Assembly (NCBI GenBank): GCA_051362555.1
Contig: CM120649.1
Coordinates: forward strand, 16,506,567-16,570,566
Source of the DNA: Lingula anatina
Taxonomy: Eukaryota; Animalia; Brachiopoda
DNA length: 64,000 nt
Direction: 5' to 3'
Shown: piece by piece, positions 25,701 to 37,136 of the stretch
Numbering within the stretch: position 1 is the stretch's first letter
Layout of the letters: every line of letters begins with the position of its first letter
Notes under the pieces: model-generated
Seen by the model: the letters and a program-made list of their open reading frames with translations, nothing else
Database searches by the model: none
What the model was told of the DNA's origin: nothing
Program-made: the position numbers and the translations under genes

Positions 25701-28700
25701 GCACTAGTTTAGTTTTTTTCCTTAAAAGCAGTATCACTAACTTAATCAACTTGACATTATGATCTAACAACATTTCCAATTTTATAAGCAACTTTCCCCT
25801 CCAATTTATAATAATTATTGCAACTGTTACAATATTGCAAAAGAAGAAAATACACTGTAACTGACTGGGCAAATCATACCAGTAATGACTCAGCATTTTA
25901 GCAATACTTACATTAGCATCCTCCCCCTCCAGTCTGTAATTGAGATCTCCAAGGAAGAAGATATGATGAAACTGATTGGTCAGATCAAACATACTCAGCT
26001 GTTTCTGGCCTAGCGACATACCTTTCAAAATGTCGCGGTAATTTTGATTTCTCCTGAGATAAAAAATATTAAGTTAATAAACATGAATTCCATGATCATT
26101 TTTTTCTTTGGTTGGAGTTGATTTCTTTAATGCACAAATTTGTGGAATATATAAAATCTTAGAATTTAATTTAAGTGATCAAACTCCCCCAGATTTGGAT
26201 CAATCTACATTGAATGATACTTCCATTGAGTAGTTTGTCTATCTGGTGACATCAGACAGCATATTTCCAGTGCAGGTCACACTGCCTTGCCTTGACTGTA
26301 GGTCACCTACCTGTGGTTCTTTTCATGTCCAGACGTCAGATGACAGTTTATGAAACAGAAGGATGTTCCGCCAAAGTAGAAGGAAACTCCCACTGCTCCC
26401 TTGTTGCCTGTGCAAATGGTGGAAAAAAATTAATTCATGGAATAGAAAATATTCCCGAAGTCTTGTTGTTTTACAATGTGTCAAAATGCTTTTTATTTCT
26501 TGTCATTTTTATATAACATTTGCTAAATACTTCTTTTGTAAGTATCTAATGATAACCACCTTAAAACAGAAACAATTCTCAAACAATATAGGAAACAAAG
26601 GTGGAAATTTGAAGCATTTAACTGGTGTTCAGTGGCACATTACAGCTTCTAATATTTATTTGAAAGGCAATCTGGTTTATTTTGCATGAGCACATCCAAG
26701 ATATCGGAAAAAAAGTGGTTGGCAAAGTGGTACCCATCCAATTTTTTTCTAACTTTTTTTTTTTAAATTGTGCACTTCTGAGTAGCACTTTACAGTGACC
26801 TACCCAATGCGTTAGCAATGCCAGTCTTGACTGTAGAGTGCTGTACATGGCTGATCCTGTTCTTGTGCTCTGGTTTCACCAGTACCAACAGCCGTATACC
26901 CCACAGGCTACAGATTGTCACCTGAAACAGAACACTCGACTATAGCAGACTAGACTAGACTATAGCAGACTAGACTAAACTAGACTAGACTATAGCAGAC
27001 TAGCCTAGACTAGAGCATGCATCATAGGGATACCCCACAGGCTACAGATTGTCACCTGAAACATAACACTTAGACTATAGCATACTAGACAAGACTATAG
27101 CAGAGTAGACTAAATTATAGCAGACTAGACTAGACTATAGCAGATTAGACTATAGCAGACTAGACAAGACTATAGCAGACTAGACTAGACTATAGCAGAC
27201 TAGACAAGACTACAGCAGACTAGACAAGACTATAGCAGAGTAGACTAGACTATAGCAGAGTAGACTAGACTATAGCAGACTAGACAAGACTATAGCAGAC
27301 AAGACTATAACAGAGTAGACTAGACTAAAGCAGACTAGACAAGACTATAGCAGACAAGACTATAGCAGAGTAGACTAGACTGTAGCAGACTAGACAAGAC
27401 TATAGCAGACTAGACTAGACTATAGCAGACTAGACAAGACTATAGCATACTAGACTAGACTATAGCAGACTAGACAAGACTATAGCAGACTAGACTAGAC
27501 TACAGAAAACTAGACTATGGTTTAATAAAAAAAAGACTACAGTAGCTAAGACTAAAGTATGCTAGACCAGATACTGTGGTAGATTAAGTTGGACAAGACT
27601 GTAGTAAAAGCACTCCTGTTATAATGAAACAAGTCAAAAAAATATAAATTAACTGACACAAACTTAGGTAATCACTCTTCTAAAATATCACAATTTTTCT
27701 ACAAGTCATCATTCTTGTTAGATCTAAAATATTTTTCCATTTGGCACTTTTTAAATGGTATCTTTAAAGACGATAGGTTCAGAGAGAGTTAAGCTAATGG
27801 TACCAACTTCCAGTGCAGATAAATTTGATATTTCCAAACTATCTTCTGTTGAAAAAAGAAAAAAAAAAGAATGAGGAATTTGTCAAAAAAATGACATTTC
27901 TGGAGTTACACATGACAGTAGACCTTCAAATAAATCAACAAACTGCAGTAAGTTTGCATAATCTTACTGTATGCAAATCAATATTCAAAGCATTCCTGAT
28001 GGCCTCCGTCACACGTTTCACCCAGTCTTTCTCCGCCAGGGCGCTCTCCTGTGTTCCCACCACATAGACATCATGGGGGATCATCCCCAGGGTTTTATCT
28101 CGGCTCTTCCCTGCGCCATAACACTTGAACCACGGGGTGAGGTTCCAAAATGGCGTGGCATCACCTGGAAGATTGTTGATTTTATCATTTTTTATTTACA
28201 TTAATTTTGTTTGTGGTTAACACAATTAGGATATATTTTTGATATCATATTTTCGGCTGTAAAACTAAATTAAGTTCATGAAAAAATAGGCATTTAATTA
28301 AGTATATTATGAGAAAAAATAAGCATGCTGAATATGTGTACCAAATGGATATTTGTTTGAACTGACCATATCAAACAGCATTTAGCAGAAAAAAATTGAT
28401 GGATTACAGGTTTATAAGTCTTTAACAACAACAGGAATCAAGAATGGCATTTTAAACTTAAGCTTACCCATGTTCCATGAGCCAACGAACAACGACACAT
28501 GATCCACTTCAGGGTTGACAGAATGCATGCTCTTCATTTGCTGAATGAGCTGACAGAAACGTTCCCGCTCACGGACGTTCTCAAACTCGTAACTTTCATC
28601 CTTCTTCCGCCCCTCTATCACTATATCCAGCTGCTTGTTATTCTTGGTTGATTTGATTACTTGTAATACTGTTGGGAGAAAATAATTTCAAAATCAATAA

Positions 28701-31700
28701 CAAGCTGAATGAATATAAGCAAATAAGAAAGCATTTATTGTTATTTTGCACAATAACTGTTTACTCAGCTCAAGAGGAGCCAATAAAAGAAATCCTAATT
28801 CTAGAATAACGAAATTCCATTTTTGTATAAAAAATTAATCATTAGTGTTAAACAAAACAGTTACTGTGAATTTAACACATAATTTATGATAAGATAACAT
28901 GAATACATTCTAATTAGCTTATATACTAAGTATAATGTTGATATCAAGTGGAAGCATGAAACTAAATCAATCCCTTTTTTAATTTCTTTAAACATACAAT
29001 AAGAAGTTATATTAAGGTTTGGATAATTAGTTCATTCTTAGTACATCTGGGTTTATTTTCACCATTCTGGGGGGAGGGGGAGAGCAAAGGCAATACCAAT
29101 ATAAACATAAAAAACAAATTAAAGAAAAGTTAGCTTAAGTATTCAATTAACATATCATTAAATAATAATCTTGCTTTTCCAAGTCAAACACTTAAGGCAG
29201 TTAATTCAACATTATAGATATCAGTAAGTTGTGAAAGTAAACCCAGAGTAGGAGCACATTTTACTGTTTAAACATTTCTGGAAAATCAAGCAAATGTAAC
29301 ATCAAAAAACACAAGCAATAATGCAGGAATTTATGTGCAAAATTATCCTGAAATGGGTTCTAAGATATTTGAAATCTGCAGCAAGATCAGAAATAAATCA
29401 CTCAAACTCTGACCTTTGTCAACTTAAATCACTGAAAAATTTCACATGTAGATTCTCATTTATCTGATCAATTCCTTATTGATATTTCACATTTTTTTCA
29501 CAACAGTCTAGAATATTAAACTCACATTAAGTGCATTAACTTCTTCTCACTAAACTTATCTGAGCACAAAATATATTTTTGGATCCACAAGTCAGTCTGA
29601 GCATTGGTAACAAACAATGTTGGAATTTGGAAAAATATTTCTTAGGTGTGGGTTGAAGACTTTTCTTCATTATCCTAGACTGTTAAGGCTAGTTATGAAA
29701 AGAGGATCAAGGGATTTTTAGTTGGAGAAAAAATACCATTTAGCCCAGGTAAATTAGGACAATTTGAGTATTTTGTGGGAAAATCTTAGACTGTGCATCT
29801 TCAACTTGATAGTTTTCAGTGCAAAAAATGCCATAGCCATGCACCAGTACCAGTATACCCTCTCAAATAGCAATCAAAGGATAAGTATAATACAAACCAA
29901 GGAATTTAGATCAGATTACACATAATAAGTCAGAATGAATAAATCATATGGAATGGAGATATGTAATTTTCAAACAAATTCAAGTCAAAAATATAAAGTT
30001 AAGTAAAATGGAAATTTCTCATGCCTGTTGGTGAAAAAGGATAAAGGAATTAATATACAATGAACCATGTTCTGTAAACCTGGACCAGAAATAGACTACC
30101 AAGGGGTGACGCGTAGCAATTTGAATTCCCATATTTATGATTATCCTTCTGTTTTTCTGAAAAATCATGCCCCATTTTTTTTTTTTTTTTTTTTTTTTGG
30201 GGGGGGGGGGGGCAACATCCCTTAAAATTTGAAATTCCATGTTCAGCATTCTGACAATTCTGATCTTCTCATGACATCAGTCAGTCTATGTCCAGTTTAG
30301 GTTCAGTTTTGTTCTCAAAATTCTTTTAGTTATTTAAGAGTTTCAATAAAGAGTTAAGATGGAAGCTTGGAAAACCCACTGTCTGTGATTATGACCAAAT
30401 GCTTCACCAAGGAAAAGGACTCTGAAAACAAAAGTTTGGACTAGAAGACTACAAATTTCACTTTGTACAGATAAGTATATTTTAGTACTACTATATAAGA
30501 TCCAATGAAGTTATCTGGACTACAGAAAAGAAGGGAATTCTATGATTTATTTGATACACTAAGGGCATATCCATTCTAAGTGTTGATGGAGGGGGATTTC
30601 TACAATCTAAGGCACTACTTTAAAAGTTTTTTAATGATATGATTTTTGTGATTGCGAATAAGTTATATTCTACTAAGGCTCTTAAACAATTTCTCTCAAA
30701 TGACATTCAGAATGACAAAATAACAGATCCGTGGTTCAAATTTGGTTGACCCACTTGAAAGCTTGCTACATACAGTAATTGCCAAGGGGAATCAGTAAGT
30801 TGTTTCTACTAGGGGATTATGCGACAAGCTTTCAAGTGGGTTTGCCATATCTGATCAGCAGATCTGTTAGTCTGCGATTCAACTGGTTGCGAATTCGGCC
30901 ACTGATTAACAAAAAATCATAGTGAATGTAAATTTTCCGAGAAATGAGCAGGGTTAATTCCCAAATATCAGAATAATTTATAATTATAAAATTTGGTGGG
31001 TGTATGACAATGGGAGAAAACAGGTGTGGAAAATGAGCACGTAATATACTTTTGCTGTGTAAAAAAGTGTTGCTGTCATCTAAAGAGTCAGCCTTGTTCG
31101 CTTTGACGGCAAACAGTCTCCCCTCTTGGACATCCACCGTTAACGTCACTGCGGCCCTGACCGTGCTCTTGGACTTCCCCCATACTGAGGAATTGTTCCT
31201 AACCTGCAGTTAATTTGTGAGAACATGCACGCCTTTATAATCATAGTGTTAACAAGTGCAATTGTTACAAGATAATATGTGGTTTTTGATGGAAAGGCAA
31301 ATATGAAAGGACCTTGAGAAAGCATTTGATTTAGAATTCTTAAGGTTTGTATATAAATCCAGATTTTTATTTTTTGGAACATTTTTTTAAACTGCATATA
31401 TTGAAGCGTGTTTGTAAATCTGTTTTTGTACTTAAATTTGAGTTAAGACCCAATTTTTTAATTAGACCTTGCACACTGTGACCTGACCATAAAAATAAAG
31501 TCAAAAATTATAGTCTAGTAAATTTCACAATATTATTATCTTACTATTTCTAACACTTTCTCAATGACATTCCAGATATGCCTTTTCCATAAAACTCCCA
31601 CATTCCAAAACTCCAACAAATGAATTTCCCTGTGGTAAAATCTTACTTTTATCATGGACAAATGTATTACTGTTATCCAAAGCATCGGCTTTAGATGCCT

Positions 31701-34700
31701 TGACAGCAAACAATTTTCCTGCCTGGATGTCGACTGTGACCGTCGCTTTGGAGGTCTTGCAGGTGCGATTTGATATAATCTTTACCTGGAAATACACCAT
31801 ATGCAAAATATCGACATACTTTTTTGTCCATAAGTGACATTTCTTTTTCACCCTTGGAAAATTTCATACCTACCCATGAGCTTAAAATTTGGATATGGTT
31901 ACAAATTTTCAAAATGGTCCATTTTTTTTTTTAGTTTTCTTAACAACAGTTTTCCACAATTTGCGTTAAAATAGAATTTGCCATGGGGGATTTATAAGTT
32001 CTGAAGCATGTATAATTTTGATTCAGTTTTCATCAATTCAACTTTTCTATTTATTCCCCCCACTTTTGAATCTTTTGAGTAGGTCAACAGTGAAATGAGT
32101 GCTGTGGCATTCTCTCTGTCTCTTGCTCTCACACTGTTCTTTTTACTTACTTCAAAGTGTGATGGTGGTATTTTGGGTCGCCTAGATGCAGTTCTCATGG
32201 GAACGGAGGGTAAAAAGAATGAGACACGCGAGGGGTTGTCCTCTGATTGGTCAATTTCCTCCTGCATTGACTTGAGTGTAGAAATACCCTTTAAAGGAAA
32301 AACAGAAATTTGTTTTGCACTGAAAAAGAGTGTCTGACATCAGAATAAATTACAAATAAAATACAATGAAAACATGATTATTGAAACTCTACTTAATTTA
32401 ACATTTTCACATTTCTCTTTATACAAAATAAGGATGATGCTGAAATATGACATCTTCTTAAAATCAATATTAGGTTCACTTTTTTTCTGATACTGGCACA
32501 TATTTTCAGATCACTCTTTATAAGACATTTCAAGTCAGATAATAATCTGAGCAGTTGGATGACAAATATTTAATTATTATCACGGTAATAATGCTCAATT
32601 TCAAAAATAAAAATAAAAATAAATAAATAAAAAATAATACAGACGTAAATTAGTACTTTCTCCAAGGGAGGCAAGTGAGTGCATGGAAGAAGAATGAAGT
32701 TAAAACTTTGTGCAGATACCAAAATAAACCACCACCTGTGTGCCAGGTTAGAGGTGACTATGAGGAAATAACCCAGAATTTTGAAATAAATAATATAAAC
32801 TTTTTTCAACTATATGGAAACAATATGACATGCAACGCTATGCAGTTTTAATGATATAATCAAATTATTAATGTGATATTGACTATCAGTTTCATTTTCA
32901 TTGAATACCTTTCCCATGTAAAAAGAGGGTCATCTGTTCCCTTTAAAACAAATGAGAAATTCATTCGAAAAATTTTACATAAATGCGTAATTTAAAATAT
33001 TCAAATTAATTCACACAAAATACACATAAAGTAGAATGTTCCCTTACTGGTGATGATGTGCTTAATTCTGCTGCCATACTGGCTAATGTTGAGGAGGCCT
33101 GGAATTATATATATATTAGGAATACAATATGACTTGAGGTTTAATTACAAACAGACTTAAAAGTTCCAATAGCGTACATCACTGTGTCTGGGAAATTAAA
33201 GTATTTGACCAGTAGCAATGCCACCTGAAAATTAAAAACTTTTTGGTTTTGAGTTCAGCTGAAGATGCTTTCAAATTGTGCTAAACTGGACAGACAAAAA
33301 GCCACTGCCGTGACAGCAAATGGATGGGATCTTATCATGGAAGTTGGTGTCATCTATTTAAGCTGGGTTTCATCCATTCAATGCAAGTTTCCATTTTGTT
33401 AACCAATATGTAAAAGCTCATGCAGGTGAAAGAACAGGGTGCTTTTGTAGTTTAGGATGCTTGAGATGCAGGTGAGTTGATTACTGTTTTTTATTTATTT
33501 CAAGCATAACCCGACATACAATATTAAATACTAGCTGTTATAAGTATCTAGCAGAGGAGAACATGCAGATGAATTAGTAAATAAAGAAATATTTACCACT
33601 ATTATAACCAACTTATCAAATTTGATAACAATTATATTATGAATCAAACAGCAATACTTGGTTACTTGGTTAAGGGTACTAAGCTATTAGTGTCACATGG
33701 TACAATATTTCACTTGGTCATACCTTCTGTTCCAGGGCTGATGTCACAGATTTTAAATTGGCCAACCTCTCGAACAATTCTTCCAGATTCACAGATATCT
33801 GCTTCTGTTGAAGAAAACGAGGGAAAGAATTAAAAAAAAAAAAACCAAGAAAAAGAAAGGTGATAACCTTTAAGACACTTATTATCATTACTTATAATTA
33901 ACATTATCATTATTATCTCAACAATGTTATTCAAATCAAAGGCAAAGGCCTTTAAACTAAAGCTCATAAACTAAAAGATGTTTCAGCTGCTTTGAGCACA
34001 ACTGAATATTGTAGCATTTTTGTTGGCAGAAACTTAACTCTTTTGTTCTCAATCAATGAAATATTTCATAAAAGAGACAACAAAGTGCAATGAATTAAAC
34101 TATTTGATCATGTGTAAAACATATGATGTTCTCTCACCTTGCTGCGCCTTGCTTTGGGCGGTTTACTATTCTGAGTGGCTGTTTGACTAAACAGTTCATG
34201 GCACAACTCTATTTTATCCATAAAATTCTCAAAATGTCTGAAAACAAGTTTTATAAACATATTAGTAAGATTCAGAAAGTTTTATAATTTACTAAAAAAT
34301 TAGTCAAAATTTCACAAATGGTTCAAAGCTAGAAATCTACATACATGGAACAATCAATAGTAATAAAAATAACATTTGTCATGATACTTGTTTACAATGA
34401 GGAACTGGCATCTTATATGGTTTGTTTGCTGAGAAACGGGTGATATTACATTTGGACATCACGTAAAAACCAGATGGAAAGTCCTTAAATCTGTTAGGTG
34501 TGACAGAACACAATGTGGATGAGATGCATTCAGTGTGTTAGGTGTGACAGAACACAATGTGGATGAGATGCATTCAGTGTGTTAGGTGTGACAGAACACA
34601 ATGTGGATGAGATACACTCAGTGTGTTAGGTGTGACAGAACACAATGTGGATGAGATGCATTCAGTGTGTTAGGTGTGACAGAACACAATGTGGATGAGA

Positions 34701-37136
34701 TGCACTCAGTGTGTTAGGTGTGACAGAACACAATGTGGATGAGATGCATTCAGTGTGTTAGGTGTGACAGAACACAATGTGGATGAGATGCACTCAGTGT
34801 GTTAGGTGTGACAGAACACAATGTGGATGAGATGCACTCAGTGTGTTAGGTGTGACAGAGCACAATGTGGAGAAGACTAGTGTAACAAAATAAACCACAA
34901 TGTGTACTGATACAATACCTCTCTAAGTTCACTGCAGCCACTGCCAGCAGCCTCTGCAGCTCAGGGAGATGGGAACTGGTTCCTGATTTGATGGTGAGGA
35001 CGTCATTCTTAGCGCCATAGTCAGCATATTCTTGTAAGGCACCAATAAATGGGCCCTCCACACTGCAAAAGAAAAAAATGCAATGTTCTACCTTTTAGTC
35101 TTAATAAAAAATACAAATATTGATTTGCATTATGCTTAATTTTACTGGAACTATCACTTACTTTGATAACTCCAGCATTGTCAGTTTTTGCTGGAAATGG
35201 CGCGTGATGTTGTCATCATTTGGGCTTGACTCCAGAGTGTCAGCAGTCTCCAGTGACGGAGATGTAACAGTGGGAGGGACCTGCTCAAAGTCTGACTCAT
35301 CATCATCATCGTCTGAAATAAAGATATTAAAAAGTGCACAGCTCGTTCCCTTTCTGGTGACGCAACCAGACACAGGCAAGGGCAATGAGACAGACATAAC
35401 TGTGTCTGTACATAAAAAATGTTTTAAGAAACAGAGATAGGGTGAAGCAGGTTGACCTGTTGCTGACAAAAACAAACTTTTATATAGATCTCTGCCATGA
35501 CTGGTATCTGCAGCTCAAAACTTTATCTCATCTAAATACTAAACATACGTCCACAGTCTGTTGCTATACAATAGACGTTACTCATAAAAACTAAACAGAA
35601 AGGTATATGCTTTATTTATATGGTTTTTAGATTAATTCACCAATCAAGGCAACAACCAATCAAACACTTCTACAGTAAATACCTGTATCACTATCTGGCT
35701 CCTCAGTCAACTTGGCCTGTTCTGGAGGTTTCTTCTCCTCCACGGGATACTTTAGAGCACAAATCAACCCGTTATTACTGCCTCGGTTCACATACTCGTG
35801 GATAAGCTGTGACAGGTCAACATACTTCCTCTCCTGAACCCCCTTCTCTGATTGGACAGACAGTTTTCCGTCCTGACCAGTCAGGATGCGGTATTGGTGT
35901 ATTCGACCCTGGTACCTGAAGAAGAAAGGAGTACGATTTGTTTAATCAGTGAAGAAAGACCTTCAGCCTCAGACTTATAAGTAACCGAAATTTTATACAA
36001 AAGCCATGACCAGACAGCATTATTCTTCATCATCATTGTTCAAATATTGTAGCTGCTTGGCAGTGGATTTATCGTACATCTATGAGTGTTCTCCTCTTTT
36101 CTTTCTTGGTGGAGTATATATAACAGACACCTTCACCCATTTGAAGTCTGCATGACCTAGCCAATGAGATTCTACATGAAACGCCACAACTCAAGTACCC
36201 TCTACCAGGGCGAGTGATAGATTTTTTACAGATATTCACAGATATGTCTCTAGCCAGATAGATGGTCATTTAGGGCTCAACGCACCCTGTTGAGAAATCT
36301 CAAGGCTGATTACATGGCTGATAATTGTTTACATAACTGCTCAGGCACTGCCACTTAGCAGGTCCAGTCTAAGGCTCTATTCCCATAGATTTTAGATCGA
36401 TCTATCCCCGCGGGGAGTCTCACTAGATTACTTTCAGATAATCCGACTTAAATGTCCGTCCCGCCTACTACAAGCTGTAAGAGGGTAATTAACTTTCGTG
36501 TCCGCCCGGCTGACAGCTATTTAGCGTGAACCCCCAGGGAGTTAGGTCGATTCAAAATAGGTCGATCTAATCTATGGAAATGGGGTGTTAGTCTGCGTGA
36601 CAGCAATCAAGACAGTTAATTACTCCGACTTCAATCACTTGCTCTTCTGTGACAGATAAAAAAGCCTTAGACTGGTTGTGTAACGAGAAGTTATCACATC
36701 ATTGTGAAGCTCAGCTCATACAGAGCAAGTACAAAGCCTTTGGCGCACGCAGAGATAATTGTTTCCACATGGGATTCCTCAACAGGGTGAGCTGAGCCCT
36801 AAATGACCCTCTATCTAGCTAGAGACATATCTGTGAATATCTGTAAAAAAATCTATCACTCGCCCTGGTAGAGGGTACAACTCAAGTCTATTTGTCATTT
36901 GATGAAATGTGAAACCTTCATGTACTAGTAAGCTTTATTCTACAGAAGTAAAAAATTATTTTAAAAACAGTCTTAAAACCCAAAGTCCAAACTACTTACA
37001 AAATACACAGAGTATACGCCCCCTGAATACTCTCACTGTCACGTATGAGGAAGCTGCCATCTTTCCCTGACTCCAACAGGAGTTCTTCAGCTTTCAGGCG
37101 TGTAATGTTCTTAAAATGAGCTAGTAGTTGGGCCAT
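20505..37136 (-). CDS. INPPL1: SH2-containing inositol polyphosphate 5-phosphatase (SHIP; INPP5D/INPPL1 co-orthologue, SHIP2-like with C-terminal SAM), ~1220 aa
   Basis: Exons 37136-37000, 35915-35683, 35312-35162, 35062-34919, 34237-34138, 33804-33724, 33098-33048, 32288-32151, [31785-31647 or 31203-31050], 28668-28468, 28164-27968, 26921-26804, 26407-26311, 26053-25912, 25612-25513, 25106-25018, 24658-24577, 24155-23961, 23595-23504, 23135-23048, 22658-22562, 22292-22225, 21888-21176, 20714-20505; phases sum correctly. SH2 (GKDGSFLIRDSES), FVGSWNMG, GNKGAVG, FINCHLTSG, FFLGDLNYRL, FPPTYR, PSWCDRTLW, SSDHKPVF, Pro-rich tail, SAM (WLLELGLPFYNDIFLENGWD..HRKRIL). Confidence 0.95.
26938..27520 (+). 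repeat. Composite 5-bp-based minisatellite (TAGAC / TATAG / CAGAC / AAGAC) in a SHIP intron
   Basis: About 580 bp of TAGACTAGACTATAGCAGAC-type units, interrupted at 27030-27063 by a copy of the neighbouring exon start. Confidence 0.95.
30702..30874. mobile_element. Hairpin-forming MITE-like element, same family as 42741-42908
   Basis: Nested inverted repeats AACAGATC/GATCTGTT and ACCCACTTGAAAGCTTG/CAAGCTTTCAAGTGGGT; the reverse complement aligns with the element at 42741. Confidence 0.75.
31050..31203 (-). CDS. SHIP PH-like domain exon, variant B (154 nt, phase 0-1); tandem paralogue of variant A
   Basis: CTGCAG|GTTAGG...AGCAAAA|GTATAT; open frame encoding VRNNSSVWGKSKSTVRAAVTLTVDVQEGRLFAVKANKADSLDDSNTFLHSK. 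Confidence 0.78.
31647..31785 (-). CDS. SHIP PH-like domain exon, variant A (139 nt, phase 0-1)
   Basis: TCCAG|GTAAAG...GATAAAA|GTAAGA; encodes VKIISNRTCKTSKATVTVDIQAGKLFAVKASKADALDNSNTFVHDK. Confidence 0.88.
34492..34870 (+). repeat. 44-bp minisatellite, ~8.5 near-identical copies
   Basis: TGACAGAACACAATGTGGATGAGATGCA(T/C)TCAGTGTGTTAGGTG recurs at 34501, 34545, 34589 ... 34853. Confidence 0.97.
36196..36877. mobile_element. Non-autonomous Mutator-like (MULE) element with ~105-bp TIRs and a 9-bp target site duplication
   Basis: TIR TACCCTCTACCAGGGCGAGTGATAGATTTTTTACAGATATTCACAGATATGTCTCTAGC... is mirrored at the right end. TSD CAACTCAAG at 36187-36195 and 36878-36886. No transposase ORF. 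Confidence 0.88.

Noticed and set aside
27025-27033. GTATCCCT as a U12-type donor in the duplicated exon fragment
   Set aside because: It deviates from the GTATCCTT consensus, and no U12 branch site is seen downstream.
34492-34870. Regular 44-bp array resembling a CRISPR
   Set aside because: The units are contiguous and near-identical, with no unique spacers and no cas genes; it lies in a eukaryotic intron.
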